64,000 nucleotides of DNA. It comes from Harriotta raleighana. Its lineage: Eukaryota. Of this stretch, positions 1-14,599 are shown piece after piece (the first letter of the stretch is position 1; each line of letters opens with the position of its first letter). Location of the stretch: contig JBNZDD010013577.1 of NCBI GenBank assembly GCA_050575255.1, forward strand, positions 1,527,696-1,591,695, in the 5' to 3' direction. A model generated the notes under the pieces. It saw only the letters and a program-made list of their open reading frames with translations. It made no database searches and had not been told where the DNA came from. The translations under genes and the position numbers were made by a program.

Positions 1-2948
1 AGTGACAGTGCTATAAGTGATAGCAATGCCACTGGGTTAGAGAGGCAGAAATCCAACCAGTGTCCTTGCTCCTCATTCCTCATCACTATCCAGTGCCCCC
101 TGCTGGAAGCTGCGAGTGTCTGTGTTAACATAATGAGGTTGTAAAATTCAACATGTGTTAATTACCACCTAAACTTAACATATCACAACATTGCAAAATA
201 CAGCTCTGCCTGTATTCTTTGAGTATGCAAAATAGCTGTGATACTGTATATACCCGTACCTGCATATCACAGCAGATATTGAATATCATGCTAAAACACT
301 CAATTTTTAATGCCTGCTATAATGAACATGATGCTGGGCCACTTTGAGGGACAATGACTGTGGATGAATGCATCGTCCATTCAATGAGATGTCAGACCTG
401 GAACTAAATCAGCATTTTAAGGAGTTGAAAAATTCATGTGAAGAGTTTGAAGAACAAGCTTCAATATTCAAGCAAGGAATCAATTCACAACCGATTCTCA
501 GCGAATATACTTAAATGCCTTCTCTTATCACTACTTAACAGCTAAAGTCCAACTGATGCATTGTTGTAATTTCTTCGCTGGTTTAAATATTAGTACAAGC
601 ACAGTTGATTCAGTGGAAACCCCATGAATGTGCTTAATTTGAAGTGCTTTTGCTCAGCGCTCTCTCCCCTGTTGATTTAAATTCATGGTTTGTGCTTTTG
701 TTTCGAGGCAGCTTCATTTTTCATCAGGGAAAAGGCACACATGATATAGAGAGACAGTCAGTGTGTGTGTCTGTGTGTGAGTATGGGGGGTGCGGGATGG
801 GGGCGGGTAGGGGGATAGAAGGGTCACCAGCTGATCTTTGGAGTTTACAATTAGTTCCTGGTTGCTCCGGGGTGTCAGGGACAAGCTCAGTAACTGAATC
901 AAGATGAGACTAATGCGGGATGGATATCAATCCTATTGAAAATTGGAGCAGTATCACATGTCCTTTTTAGTAGAGACCTCTCTAAACTCTGCTGGAAAAA
1001 TGTGTTTGTGTCTGTGTGTGACATCAGTCGAGGCCTGGATCAGGCTCAGCTATGATAGCCTGAACACTCTTGACACTCACACTCCCCTGACTCCCCACAC
1101 AGGAAGAATGGCATTTTGGGCTGAATGGGTGAGTGTCAGAAGCTGCCATAAGAAAGCACTTTGCCTTCCCACGTTTAGAGATTGGCTTTGGATCAGCTAC
1201 ACTGAGACATTCCTTCTAATACTCAGCATAAGAAATCCTATTTAAAAATCTCAACTGACCATTATGGAAGTAGATTGCTTCAGAGCTGAGTTCAAGAGGT
1301 ATGCTATTACTCTATGAGATCACCGCTGAATGCTATCTAGTCTCATATCTCGGCTGGAGTACATGTCCAGAGAATAGAAGAGAGAAAAGCAGAGAGCAAA
1401 TGCCCTCAAATACTAGGCGCTGGGCATGTCGCCAGTCCTCCCACTCTGCTTGTGTCTGTTCTGTGCACACAAAACAAAGTGTTGCCAAAGCAGACAGCAC
1501 TGCCATCCTGTCTCTACCAATCTTCCATGCTGGCAGCTGCAAGGAATGAGAGAACGGCCTGCCTCCACCCGCGCCCCCCCCCCCTCTTCCACCCCACCCA
1601 CCCCAACCCCCACTTCAATTTTCACTAAAAATAACTCAATTCCATAATGTATTTGGAAATTCAGAATTTCAGGCATCAATTATATCTCAGAAGCAAATCT
1701 TTATGTGCCCAAAGCTCCAGCCCAGGACTCTAGCGGAGGGAATCCCAGAATTCTCACTTCGTCTTATATCCCGGAAGACAATCTGGTTTTTAAATTGTAC
1801 AAAATTGTGGGCAATTTTTAAATTCAGTCTTTATTTGGAAGGTCCTGGGAGACGGAGGGAAAAGTCTGCCTGGGTTCTCTCTCTTGACGCCGCATTCATT
1901 CAAAAACAAGAACATGCCAATAGCTTACCCCTACATTTGTTCTTGCCTGCCTCCATAATAACAATCCTTACAAAGGTTGGGAGGATGTCTCAATGTGCTT
2001 CACAGGACATACAGTTGATGAATAAAGTAAGGTCACTGGGAATGTGGAGCGACAAATAAGATATTTTGTGTTTTACATTTATTTAGGGCCAAATGCTAAC
2101 TCTGAAATTGATCTGTTTCAATTTCATCAAGCGCAGTGACGGATACAGGCTTCGGAACCCCCTTACACACACAGATACAGAGTTTATGTCTTGTCTTGTA
2201 CATCACAGACAAACCCTTACATCTCTACCTGCTGTGTTTGACCCATTAAAGAATATTAAAACACAGCAATTCCAATTTTCGTGATTCCAAAACTATTAGA
2301 AAATGCATCGTTCGAGCAGTAAAACGTCTGATTTAGTAGCCTTATGCTGACAGTTATAGTTGAAGTGAAGGAGAGCTGAGTTTTTATATATATATATATA
2401 TATATATTTTTTATAATCTGGCCTAGTTAGACCTGTAAAACGGGTTCAACTGTCTCCGAAAATGCATCGTCTGCTCTCTTGTTGGAGACACATCCATTTT
2501 TCACAAGGAGAAACTCTCTTGGTGCACAAGGGGGGTTACAAGCCCATGTTCAGTCCCCTCAGTGCTCACACCTGACACTGCGAAGGACTCCCAACCAGCA
2601 ACCTTAATACACGCTTCAACAAACTGGGCAAATTAATGAACGCTGATTCATCACTGAAATCTTTCAATCAGCCTTTCCCAGCTGTGCTTCGTTGTTGAAC
2701 TGGATTCACAGAAATGAAATTCAATGCGGTTTTTTTCCCCTCCTAATTTCTTTTTTGGTATCGGAACAGCAGGAGGGAGGGAGGGAGTAAGGGAGGGAGG
2801 AACGGAGGGAGCAGACTTTAGGCACTTGGGGAGCTACAAGCAACGAAGGGCAGAGGCAATACATGCCAAAGGACATGCTTCAGCCCCTGTGTTTGCCGAA
2901 CAAATTAAACACGTTCAGGTTTTCACCTGCTGAAACAGCAGCACTGCA

Positions 2949-3137
2949 NNNNNNNNNNNNNNNNNNNNNNNNNNNNNNNNNNNNNNNNNNNNNNNNNNNN
3001 NNNNNNNNNNNNNNNNNNNNNNNNNNNNNNNNNNNNNNNNNNNNNNNNNNNNNNNNNNNNNNNNNNNNNNNNNNNNNNNNNNNNNNNNNNNNNNNNNNNN
3101 NNNNNNNNNNNNNNNNNNNNNNNNNNNNNNNNNNNNN
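2949..3137. other. Assembly gap
   Basis: Run of N. Confidence 1.
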
Positions 3138-3744
3138 ATTTGATTAACAGGGATGATGGGGCACTTATCAAGTTGCCTGGACTGGTAGGTTACTGAGAGC
3201 TGACAGTGAATGTGGGGCAACCCAGTGACTCACTCCCACTAAAGGAAGGATCCTAAATTATTGATAACAGGAGCCGGTGAACTTCGCAAGCATGCACTAA
3301 TCTCTTATATTTTGTCTAACAAGTTCACACAAGAAAGTGAGACCTTTGTAGTGGGAGGGGGTTAATTGAAACAGGACAAGGAGGACGCGATTTGGCGAAA
3401 TCAAAGTCTTTCTAGCCAAGCCACAGATTTCTTGGGAGACTCTGTGTTTCCGAAGCGATTGGCCCAGTGGGATCACGTGTAACAATATCAGTTGTAAACT
3501 CTGCGCTGTGGCTCCCTGGCTTTCTTCGCTTCCCTGGCGCTTTGACCTTTCAAACTACGAGGTGATGCACCCTCCCTGTAAGAGAAAATGAACATGGAAG
3601 CACCCATGTCCAGCCCGACCTTATCAGTCACACTCTGGACAAATGAGAGAATAGCACGTTGTAATTTTACAGAGTATCCAATTAAAGGAGCCACATCGGC
3701 CAACAGGAACATCATAGACTGCAAAACAGAGGGCTGACACATTT

Positions 3745-3940
3745 AGAAACAATATGAAATGGTTCGAGACACCATGCTAACTGACATACACTTTCAAAGT
3801 TATCCAACTTTGTGTTAAATAATGTCTCGGGTACTGTATATTGTTTGGGGCACAACAAATCAAGCGACTGCCAGGATGCTGGAAGGTGAACTAGATGGAC
3901 CTTTATTTTCTGGCGCTGAGCAAATTCTTATGTTCTGATA
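3745..3940 (+). mobile_element. Degenerate CR1 3' end
   Basis: gaaggtgaactagatggac...ttcttatgttct matches the 62515-62600 copy. Confidence 0.6.
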
Positions 3941-5248
3941 TTCTTCTATCAATTAAGTGATTTAAAACTAGAAATGTTCTTATTTTCCTGTTAATCTGTT
4001 TGCACTTAAATTGCCTTTGAGTTGATAGTATGCCTCAACATGTGAGAGTCCAATATATTTAAAAGGACATTATTGTCCCGGACAGAGAAATGGGTTGCTA
4101 AAGTCTTGTTGTGAGTAACAATCTGGCACATTTAGGAGGGATGTGTACTCACTCCCACCGTTTATTCAAAATAGCATAAAATGCTATTTTTCAAGTAAAT
4201 TTTCAGTGAAACTTAGTCAGGGTGAAATCTACATTATATCAAGTATGAAATGTGTGTCAAGTGTGCAATTTATTTGGTTATACACTGTGAATCTGTGTGA
4301 AATTGACACTATACCTTGTGCTGAAATGAAAATTATATGTTATATGTTCCAATTTACACATATTCACAGTTTGCCAGTATGAAATGTACATTGTTTACAC
4401 ACTGTACATGTCAGTGTGACATTTCCACTGTTTAAACACTGTTTTGTACTGTTTATACTCCGTGTTTAAGTGTGAAAATCAGGTGGGTTACACATCAAAA
4501 TCCTGTTATGAAACAACCTAGGACTAGACCTGCCATCAGTTACTTATTGAATAGAATCAGACGAGTGATTTGTTTTGATCAATGGTCTCTGTGCAGAATG
4601 CTGGGAATCCTTCCCTTTAAAAGAATCAATCAAAACAAACTCTCCAAACGCTAAGTCCAAATTCTGCTAGACACCATTCCCTCTTTAAAATTCAGATTCC
4701 CGAATCAGCTCCTGAAAGCATTGCTGTTCATCTCTTTAAATGTTCTACAAGCTGCGTGAGGACACTGGAGGACAGAATGTCACCTCACTGAGGGCATGAG
4801 CAACCTAGCTGAGATGCATATCACTCGGACAAGGGAACATTGGGAACAACCAGTAGCTTATAATCTTAAAATTAAATCAAAAGAAAATATTCAGTACTTT
4901 TAAAACTCTGCACATGATTATTCGAGTCAGAATATTTGCGATCAGTGACTAGCATTAAGGATTCGGTTTCAGAGCAATTTGTCATCCAACATATCTGGCT
5001 TGCAACTCAGATACTGATGATTACAAACAGATCAGACGTTGGATTATGAAAAGCAGTGACTGAAATATGAGTACACTGCGGTTTACAAAACAGATGTCTT
5101 TAGAAAGTTTCAAGAAGGGCAGTCTTTGCATAAAAGGGTTCAAATCACAATCGCATATCTGAAATACTCAACTTTTGCTATCTCTATCCGTCAGCCTTTC
5201 CCATCTTCAGATTGTTCCTGAAAACCCTCCTCTTCAATTGCACCTACG

Positions 5249-5435
5249 NNNNNNNNNNNNNNNNNNNNNNNNNNNNNNNNNNNNNNNNNNNNNNNNNNNN
5301 NNNNNNNNNNNNNNNNNNNNNNNNNNNNNNNNNNNNNNNNNNNNNNNNNNNNNNNNNNNNNNNNNNNNNNNNNNNNNNNNNNNNNNNNNNNNNNNNNNNN
5401 NNNNNNNNNNNNNNNNNNNNNNNNNNNNNNNNNNN
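5249..5435. other. Assembly gap, followed by a (TTG)n tail suggesting a collapsed L2/SINE
   Basis: Run of N then gttgttgttgttg. Confidence 1.
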
Positions 5436-5741
5436 GTTGTTGTTGTTGTTGTTCTTTTCATGTGCCCAATGTACAAACTGAGCCATATAAACTAGGACAC
5501 AACTACTTTCCAATGCTGATCTGTGCTATGGTAGCCAATCTCAGAGGGAGCAATAGTAATACTGTTGGTCTTACTGACCTTACTGGGAAGGTAGGAAGGA
5601 CTTGTCCAGACTCTGCAGTCACATACTGTCACAGTTCACTTGGGAAGGAAGAAGGGCAATTTGGGAGATGATATCACAACAGCTTGCATTCCTATAGCAT
5701 CCTTCATGTAGGAGAAAGTCTTGAAATCTTTACAACAACAG

Positions 5742-6089
5742 AGTCGAATGGCAGGTCAGGTAGACAAGGCTGTTAAGAAGGCATATGGGATACTAGGCTT
5801 TATAAATAGGGGTATAGAGTACAAAAGTCAGAAAGTGCTGACTAACCTCTATAGAACTTTGGTGAGGCCTCAGCTGGAGTANATCTGGAATGCATTGCCT
5901 GAAAAGGTGGTGGAGGCTGATTCGATAACAACTTTTAAAAGGGAATTAGATCTTTATTTAGGGAGAACAGGTCTATTAGGCTATGGGGAGCGAGCAGGGC
6001 AGTGGGATTAAATCGCTCTTTTCAAAGAGCCGGCACAGACTAGATGGGCCGAATGGCCTCCTTTTGTGCCGTAAACGTCTATGAATCTA
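5742..6089 (+). mobile_element. CR1-clade LINE (HER1-like), 3' fragments of ORF2 plus tail, joined at an N
   Basis: QVDKAVKKAYGILGFINRGIEYKS..LYRTLVRPQLE and WNALPEKVVEADSITTFKRELD are CR1 ORF2 C-terminal motifs. Tail gatgggccgaatggcctcct...tctatga. Confidence 0.93.
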
Positions 6090-6295
6090 AGAGAGGGGAA
6101 AAGCGTACAGTATTTGACAATATCTGTCGGGCACAACTTCAAGGCAGTTAAGAGTTTGGGCACAAATTGAACTATATCTCGGCAAGAGTAAGTGCTTTCA
6201 GGAGAGGAGAAGAACAGAAATCAACTTGCAACAAATAGATAATATTGTTGAGATTCAGTTCCATCTTGATTTTTCCAGTGCCTTATTATCTTCAT

Positions 6296-6610
6296 TGGAG
6301 TCCTATAGCTCAGTGGTTCGAACATTCGCCTTGCAAGTGAGAGACCTGGGTTCAATTCCAGGCAGGGTGAAACCTTGCCCAAGTTTCCTTAGTCCACACG
6401 CCTAATGATAATCCCTCGGAAAAAAACCAATAATAAATTGGTCATTTTAATCTGCGACTGTTAGTTGGACACTGCTGTGTGCAATTGGCTGCCGCATTTT
6501 GCCCACAAATATACAGTCAATTCACTTTACAGCATATTCTGTGAAGCGCTTTCGGATGTCTAGAAGACGTGAAAAGAGCTATATGAAACACAAGGATTAT
6601 TATTATTATT
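6296..6610 (+). mobile_element. Near full-length tRNA-headed SINE (chimaera SINE2-like)
   Basis: A box tagctcagtgg, B box ggttcaattcc, Deu-like core gctgtgtgcaattggctgccgc and a (TTA)n tail. Confidence 0.92.
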
Positions 6611-8299
6611 CTACAACCTCCAGCTGCTCCCTGTACCTCATCCAATGGGCATTCTTCTTGACTGCCCCCCATCCCCAAAAGAGGCTGTCAGACTATTTGG
6701 CCAGGGAGAGTGGGGAGGATGTATTATACCCAAGCCTGGCTCTGTCCACACACATAATTCTTCCAACAGGAATCACTAGATATCGATCAGACCATCACAA
6801 TCCTGAAAATAATTGGGGATCCCCCACATTAAGAATTTTCCAAAAGTCTGAACATTCTTAAGGTTTACAACAATGATCGTAAAACATCGCAAAGGAGAAG
6901 GAGACTTGGCTGATACTTTTGGTCCCTCTCCCCCGTGACCCCCGTGATCCACCATAACACCCTCTACTGCCAACCCCGTACCAACAGAGATCAGCTCAGT
7001 AACAAAGACACACGCCCTGTACCCTGCTGTGTGTGGCTCAGTCCTATTCAGACCAAAACTTTAACCAACTGAGCCAACAATTCAATCCCAAGAAGCATTT
7101 TTGAGGCTGTCTTTTTTTTTCCACAAGTCTCTGAAAAACCCTTTGTAGTGTCGTCAATGCGCGTGCAGTGATATTGGGTTTTACAAGAAGGCTCGAGGGG
7201 AAAGGAGGAGGGTGTGGAGATATCACTTGTGATCGTTCTGTAGGCTAACAAAAGGGAACCCTGCACTTCAAAGCAACGATGATCAAAACCTGGAGATCAA
7301 ACCACTGACAAGGAACACGGCTGCCACAGCAGTATAGAATGCCATTACTGAGTCATCCAGGCTGGCAGCAGCCAGTGCTGTTTATGTTTTCTGTGTAACG
7401 CTGTCAAAAAAAACCTTTAACGCTTGTGTACTTTTGTTGCCTTTTATTTGTTTGCAACACGAGTACTGACAAGAGTCGAGGGATAATGTGGAGTGTGAAA
7501 AAATGCAGTGGTAATGGGACAGGAAGGAAAACGATGCTCGCAGCCTTTTTAAAAAAATATATTAAAAACAACTTGCTGTTAGAGAGACACTGCTCGCTGC
7601 CAATACAGTGCTGTGCTTTTCACAGTGTCTCTCTCACTTCCCACCCCCCCTTCTACCCCCCATCCCCAACAACGCAACAATACAGTATTTGGCCCTGATC
7701 ATGATTAGCTGGCACTGAAAATAATATTCATTGCCTTCAGCGTTCACAGCTGTTCTCGAGCTGACCAGCGGGACCTTGACTGGGTTTTAAATTGGTCTAT
7801 TTACAGCATATCAAGGCAACAGCAAGGTGGTGTGGCTCTTTCTTTATTATTTTGGGGTTGAACAGAAGGCTTTACAGAGATCAGTGCTTGTGAACTTCCT
7901 GGGCTCGGAAGCCAGTAACCCTTCATTACCTGATTTAAGAGAGGCCTCCCTTACATTGCAGGCAAGGATGTGCTAAAGTGCATTAATTAGTCCAGGCTTT
8001 AACACACTGTATCCATCATTAATATTCACAGTAGCCAATATAGAGAGGCCTCAACGTGAGTGGGGAGGTGGGAAAGGCTATATTGCATCATCCTTTATTA
8101 CCTATCATAGAGGGATTATCGATTTAATTTTCAGAGGTTGGGGGGGTTAGGATATGAACACTGCCTGCTTGTCCATCTGTGAGGCTGACATTTATTGATT
8201 GTACAAGTTTCCCATCTGTCCCTGGCACTTGAGGGTGAGGGGGGGGGTTTGTGAGAAGGTAACGCAGTCATCTGTTTGATAATCCCAAATCGCCAATCA

Positions 8300-8338
<39 letters not shown>
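8300..8338 (+). repeat. (CT)n(CA)n microsatellite
   Basis: Direct reading. Confidence 0.95.
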
Positions 8339-10009
8339 GTCACGGTCTCCCAGTCCCTTTATCAATCTCTCCTTTTAAACTGGTCGGCCAATTCTTTGGA
8401 TACATTTCAGTGGATGTGACACTTTGCACTTTAATTCCCAAGCAAATAAACAACCGGTTTATTGTGTCAGCAGCGATATATAGGCCACTCTCATGAATGA
8501 GTACCTTTCCTAGGTTCTTGCTCCAACCACAAATGCCCTGCTGGTCAGGGAGAGACAGGTGAGCAATGACAGGAACAGTTTAAAACAGCTTAGGCCAGAA
8601 CCATTGGTGACAGCACTATCTACCCAACCTTGGCAGTTTTTCAAATAAAACTATTTACTTTGTTGTTTTGAAGAGCTGAAACAGCAGGGAGTTAACTTAC
8701 AGCGAGTCCTAAAAATAACCACTGTATGTTTATAACAGGAAATCTATACTACAGATGTAGGGAAAAAAATAGCTATTTTTAATGATTAGCCTAAAGTAGT
8801 GTGCAATGCAGGTTTTATGCAGAAACATTTAGCTGAAAATTGTGTTTAACCTCTTAATATAAAGCCCAGTGAAGCAACCCAGACTGCGTTTCAAATGACT
8901 GGGCAGATTGTTGTTTTTTTCAGGAAATTCCTAGCTTGTAAAACAATTACAATTAAGCTTTCACTCCCAATCTTACGAGTTGTGTTAGAATCTGACAAAA
9001 CATCTTTCCACAACATTTTCACCCACGAAATATACAGTCAATTCACTTTACTAATATATTCTGTGAAACAACGTGACAAGGAGCTATATCAAACGCAATG
9101 ATTATTATCATCATCCTCCTTCCTTCAGTTATTTCTACTGTACTTGCAACCCCTTTGGTTTGTGTTACTCAGGGTATCTCCACACACACATTTTTAGTGA
9201 CTTGTGATCTATGGATAGAATGTTTGAACCATAGAAATTACTTGTGTGATTGTTATAGTGTGGCCCACCCGAGACAACGGAGCCGTCCTCTCTGTTTCAT
9301 TCCCAACACCCCCCCCACACCCCCCACCACCCACACCCCCCACCACCCACCCACTCCCCCAACCATACACCCAAAATGCAGATTAGTAATTTGCTGGATT
9401 GGAAAACACTGTGAACAGAATGTCAATTGCTCAGTCTTGCATTTACTCCTTCGATGGAGGAAGATAAGGACAACTTAAGTTATCTGAATCCAACTTCCCT
9501 ATAAGCATCTTGTGTGATAGAACATGATTCTAATGCAGAATATCATTTTTGCTCACTCTTACTTGACCATAATTACATCAAAGTCACACCGATTGAGCTG
9601 TAACACAGTCAGTCAAAACAGTTGAATGCTTGCTTCCCTGGAACCCGAGGAAGGTTTCCATTAATTACAATCCCCGCAGCACGGCAATGAAAGCAGCCCG
9701 TGCATTTTCAAATGTGATTTACTATCTTTCATGCTATTTAAACGAGAACCTTTGCAATAAGATTTTCTTTAAGTGACTATAATGCTGAACCGAGGCTCAT
9801 TTATTATTGGATTAAATGTGAATTTTTTTCCCCTCCCCCCCGCCCCCCCCAACTCCACAACCCAATCACTCCCGCTTTTGCTAGAAAGAAGATATTTTTT
9901 TCCTACCAGGAAACATAGGAGGAACAATAAAAGGCTCCCATTATCTCCGCAGCAAATATTTTCTGACACCCAGTTCAAGATTATTATTTTTTTGTCTCAA
10001 TAACAAAAA

Positions 10010-10560
10010 AGAAAAGGGCAATTAACCATTTCCAGAGAAATTGTATTGCAGGACCTGTAATGGTGTCATTTGCACTCTAGTCACAAGTACCCAATGCTCA
10101 TCCCTCCCATAATTAGACAGATACACTATACTAGCTCACTGACTAATTAGCAAATTATGTTGAAAATAGCATCCTGCTAATTAACCGTTATTATGGCATT
10201 TCTGAAGTTGTGGCTTTAATTAGCAAAGACCTGATGCATGCGCTTTCAAAATTGCGTTAAAAACATGATCAATAAGCACTAGAGATTATTATGAAGCAAA
10301 AGCACGGGCAGCTGATTAATTTGCTTTATGCAAAGTTGCTGTGTATTTAATAATATTTTATCTGAGTTGCAAGAAGCAGGTATAATTCAGTTCCATTAGA
10401 AATCGCTGCTATTCATTACCACAACTAGCTTTGTGTCGGACCAATCACAACTCTATTTTTTGCCTGCGATAGCATCAAAGTCAAGTGCTGAAAGTTTTAA
10501 TTAACTGACACTAATGAGGTCATTGAAACTGATATATCAGCGATTCAGTACACCGTTAAA
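10010..10560. promoter_or_regulatory. Conserved-noncoding-element/enhancer-like block
   Basis: Repeat-free, non-coding, with dense TAAT/ATTA homeodomain cores (ctaattaa, ttaattag, tgattaat) and atgcaaa octamer-like sites. Conservation not tested. Confidence 0.55.
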
Positions 10561-11112
10561 TGTGTTTATCCAGGAATGTCACAAAAGCATTTCGCTACAA
10601 TAAATACTGTCCATTAAAAGTTTCCTTCTTAAGTCTTTCACTGCAGTTTTGCATCGAAAAGATCCGTTACATTAAATCACTTTTTTATTACTTTGCTTAT
10701 GTATCCTCTTCCCCGTGTTCTTCCTTTCCGTCAATGTGTGTCCATCCTTCTACCATCCCTTCCTCCAATGTCACTCCTTGGTTGATCAGGAGAGGCTGGA
10801 GGGGGGATTTGACCATTGATTTTTATTGTATCTACAAGTGTCATCTTCTCTTGATCTGCAACTCCCTGTGAAGTAGCATAGGTAGGATTGGAAACCAGCC
10901 ATAGATAGAACTGTGAATATATGACTATCCTAACACTCCGTGCTTTGATAATATGTGTTGCAGTAGCATTTTTAAAACTTCAAATACAGTACCAGCATTT
11001 TAACTTCTTCGCTTGCCCAGAATGAGCCACCAATAAAAACATACATTTATATAGTACCTTATTGCAGGAAGAATTTTAAAGCCTTTACAAAGAAAATGGG
11101 AACTATAACAAC

Positions 11113-11470
11113 ATTAATCCTTGCATTTGATATAGGGCCTCATCATGTCTTTGAGACATCTTAAAGTAATTCACAGAATATATTGTAAACTGAATCGATT
11201 GTATATTTTGTGGGCGAAATGCGGCAGCCAATTGCCCACAGGAATATCCCACAAACAGTCATGGATTTAGTGGCCAAATTATATTTATTTATTACTACCC
11301 CTGGAAAAATGATCTGCCAATCGACGTAACAACCAGATTCCTACTTACTGATAGATAAACAGAGTGATGTGAAGTATGGAAACTTGTATAAAAGTTTTTC
11401 CCTGCCCGGGAATCAAACACAAGTCCTCTCCCTTACGAGGTGAGTGCTCTAATCGATACGCTACAGGACA
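11113..11470 (-). mobile_element. tRNA-headed SINE, same family
   Basis: Reverse complement of the 6296-6610 element, from head (gattcccgggcagg) to tail. Confidence 0.85.
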
Positions 11471-12919
11471 ACTAAGCAAGGAGGAAAGAAAGGAAATTGA
11501 GACTGCTAACTATAAAAGCAAAGCCAAATACTGTAGATGCATTTAAGGCTGAGCAAGAAAGCATAGGGTAAAGGGAATTTAGAAGAGACTTGCAGAGAGC
11601 AGGGGTACAGTGCCTGAGAGAAAAAGACAAAGTGGAGGAACATAGAGGGATAAGCGTAATGTAAGCTTTGCAAACTGCCTTTGTACGTTTGAGAATTACA
11701 GCGCAGTGATAAAAATATATTGTTTCTGGCATGAATCAACACTGCGGCAGGGACATAGAACTTTATACCTTACTGCAGTGCTGCTGTGTAGCAGCTAATA
11801 TCTACCATTGTTGATCTCTCACAGTGGGGAATGGGAGGGAAGATTGAGAAGGGAGAAAGAGCAGAAAAGTGCAAATTCTAATTTTTCGTTGGAACATTTC
11901 CACACTTCAGACCCATTAGGTATGTTCCAAAATATTGTCTATGCCTCTCGCTAAGGAAGTACAAATGATAATTTACTGACTAAACATGAACTAATTGGTA
12001 ACAGCCTGGAGAGTGCCTTCAATGGGAGAGCACAGATAATTTAGCAGTCTAGCACCAAGCAGACAGGGGCAATCTTTTACATATGGACACAGGAGCTGGG
12101 TGGCAAAGTGTGCCACCCTTCAAAGAGGACAGCAGGGGAGATGTCTGGATCTCCAGAGCTCTGACCTTTTGGTTTTGCTTTCCCACAGGATATTATAGCA
12201 ACTGCCTCACCCCCCTGCCCCCTCCCCATCCCCACCCACAGCAGGCTGTGAGTTCCTCTGCTTTGATTGACCATAAATGAACCAGTCCCGTAAAGTGTTT
12301 TCAGAAAGTGAATTGAGAGGTACTGTATTACATTTAGCCTGAAATGTTGCCTGTTGATTTTCTAATTTAAACAGATATTCCCAGTTAAACCTTTCCCTTG
12401 TGTCCAATGACCTGTAAGATGCAGATCTAAACTCATAAAACACTCCCTTGCCTCCAGCATTTACCTAAGCAGATTTTTGTGGAAAAAAAATTGTGTCTGA
12501 CAAAGATTGCACCCTGCGGTATTAGCAAATCCTTTGAGTAATGGATTCTCTGACTTTGTACTTAGTGAACATCTTTTCCTACTGCACAATAGCAAGGACA
12601 AAATTATCGAAAAATACTAAGCCTATAACATCTGGCTGTTAATAGAGCTGCCTGTTCACTATATGTTGTAATGCCAGTAGACAGATCAATTATTTCAAGC
12701 ATCTCTCCACATTTTTGGAGTGAATGTTTTATTTTGACCGGCCCCCAAATTCATGTTGAAAATGATCACAATATTCAAACCACAGTGAAGCCAACTCTCT
12801 TCCGTTCCCTTACTAGGGGAGGCTGTTTGAAAGGAGCAAAAAAATCACAGCTCAAAGTTAATTACCCTTACAATGTTAAAAGTTATAGAAATTAATGCAG
12901 TTTGTGCATTGGATCTTCC

Positions 12920-13220
12920 AGTAGTTAGTTTAACCCATAGGTTAACCAACCCATACTAAAGTCATTCACAACTAAACAATACCAAGTCAAAGTTTAAACC
13001 AAATACTGTAAAAAAAAATTCAGAATGCACAATAAAACAAATCAAAATGATACAAATCAACTTGCTTAGCCAAAAAGCATTCCAACTAAATCGAGCACGA
13101 TCAAAACCAAGCCCAAAACAGCCAAAGCAAACCTGACAAGCTAAATCCAACTTAACCTAGTTAAACCAAGCCCCAAACTAATGAGACCAAAGCCAGCTCA
13201 ACCAACCCAGAGAAAACTTA
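12920..13220. repeat. Degenerate A/C-rich short-period (about 5 bp) repeat
   Basis: Recurrent aaacc/ccaaa/ctaaa units. Confidence 0.55.
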
Positions 13221-14599
13221 GGAAGAGGTCATAAAGTACAGATGCCAAACACTAAAGCACAATTCACTCTATCATACTTTTATAAGAGCAGGAACGAACA
13301 TCTAGGAAGTTTTTGTTGTTTAGTTTTGATATTGTGAGACAGTGTTTAAATGGGACAGAAAAACAGTTTTGTAATATATTAAAAAAACTTTGGATCTCAG
13401 CTATGTGATAGTAAAGTCAGTACAGCTTGCCTCTGGGTCCATGGGCCAGGGGGGGGAAATTGCAGTCAAGGTTTTCCCTCTTGCTTCCTAACCAACAGCT
13501 TACACTGGAGAAGTCGGCAATGTCGATGCTGTGTGAGGGAAAAGTCACACTCCATTGTGACACCAACTCCCTCTCCACACAGCCAGATAGCCTGCCGACA
13601 CTTACTATCTAGGGTTACGCAAAAAATGGTCAGTAGGGATAGGTAACAGTGGTGGGTAGTCCTTACAAAATTATAGCCCAATTTGAGGATAGGAAGGGAG
13701 AAAATTAAAGTGGTAATAGAATCGGCTTTCGAAAGGCGTAGAGCCTCACAACAATCTCACTTCGATGATTATGCTTTAGAATGAAAAATTTGGTTGATTA
13801 AAAAGTGCACCTTGTCATAACCTGTGACTGGTACAGCAATCAGAGGGTTAATAGCAGGCCATTAATATTCTGAAAACTGTTAAGCTGTCATTTTACTGTC
13901 AGACTACTTGCAAAGCTTGACAATTAAATAGCAATCACTAGCCTTAAACAAATAACTCTCACTTGCAAGTATAAGTGTTAAATTATGTGCCCGCCGGTAT
14001 AATTTTTTACTGAGACTCAAAACCAAAACCAGTTGAAACACAGAAAGGTCATGTTTTTTCTCAGGGGGGAGAGAAAAGGAGGGGAACTTATTCTGCCGTA
14101 GGTCTGACTCATGCTTTGTGTAGCGCTATCCGGCCACATCTAAAGAGGAGCACTTTACTGGATTGTTCTCCCTCCCTGGCTTGAGTGCTTCTCTGTGCCT
14201 CCAGTAGTTTTACACCTTAATCTCATTTGCTTGATCCTTCGAAATTGGGTTACCCCACTCCCTCCAGACACACACATACACACACACACACACTCACCCC
14301 ACCCCGAGTGATTGAATGTGGCAACCAAAGCCAGCTCTCTGTCATAATTATATCACAAAAGTACACACAACAAAGCCACATGTTCTGCAGCAAAAGGAAA
14401 TGCTGTGGAATGATGAAAAATGCAAACAGGTTTGACAGCTTGAGATGTTAGGGAAGTATGATATCAAGGACCTCAGGCATGAGAAATGATTTATAGAAAA
14501 GTGGGCTGCTTTGTTTATTGTTCTGCTTTTTTTTCTAATTCCCTAAGGGAGGAAAAAGCCCTTCTCTTCTTTTCCAGAAGGGGAGGGCATTGGAGGTAA

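Noticed and set aside
785-823. G-quadruplex-forming G runs (also 1565-1612, 2770-2810, 9305-9370, 30107-30138)
   Set aside because: Common low-complexity tracts in vertebrate DNA, with no supporting context.
2863-5513. ORFs containing long X runs
   Set aside because: Artefacts of translating through N gaps.
5721-6011. 96-aa ORF
   Set aside because: Two non-adjacent CR1 ORF2 pieces fused at N5882, not a host gene.
6296-6372. tRNA-like sequence with A and B boxes
   Set aside because: It is the head of a SINE, followed by the SINE body and tail.
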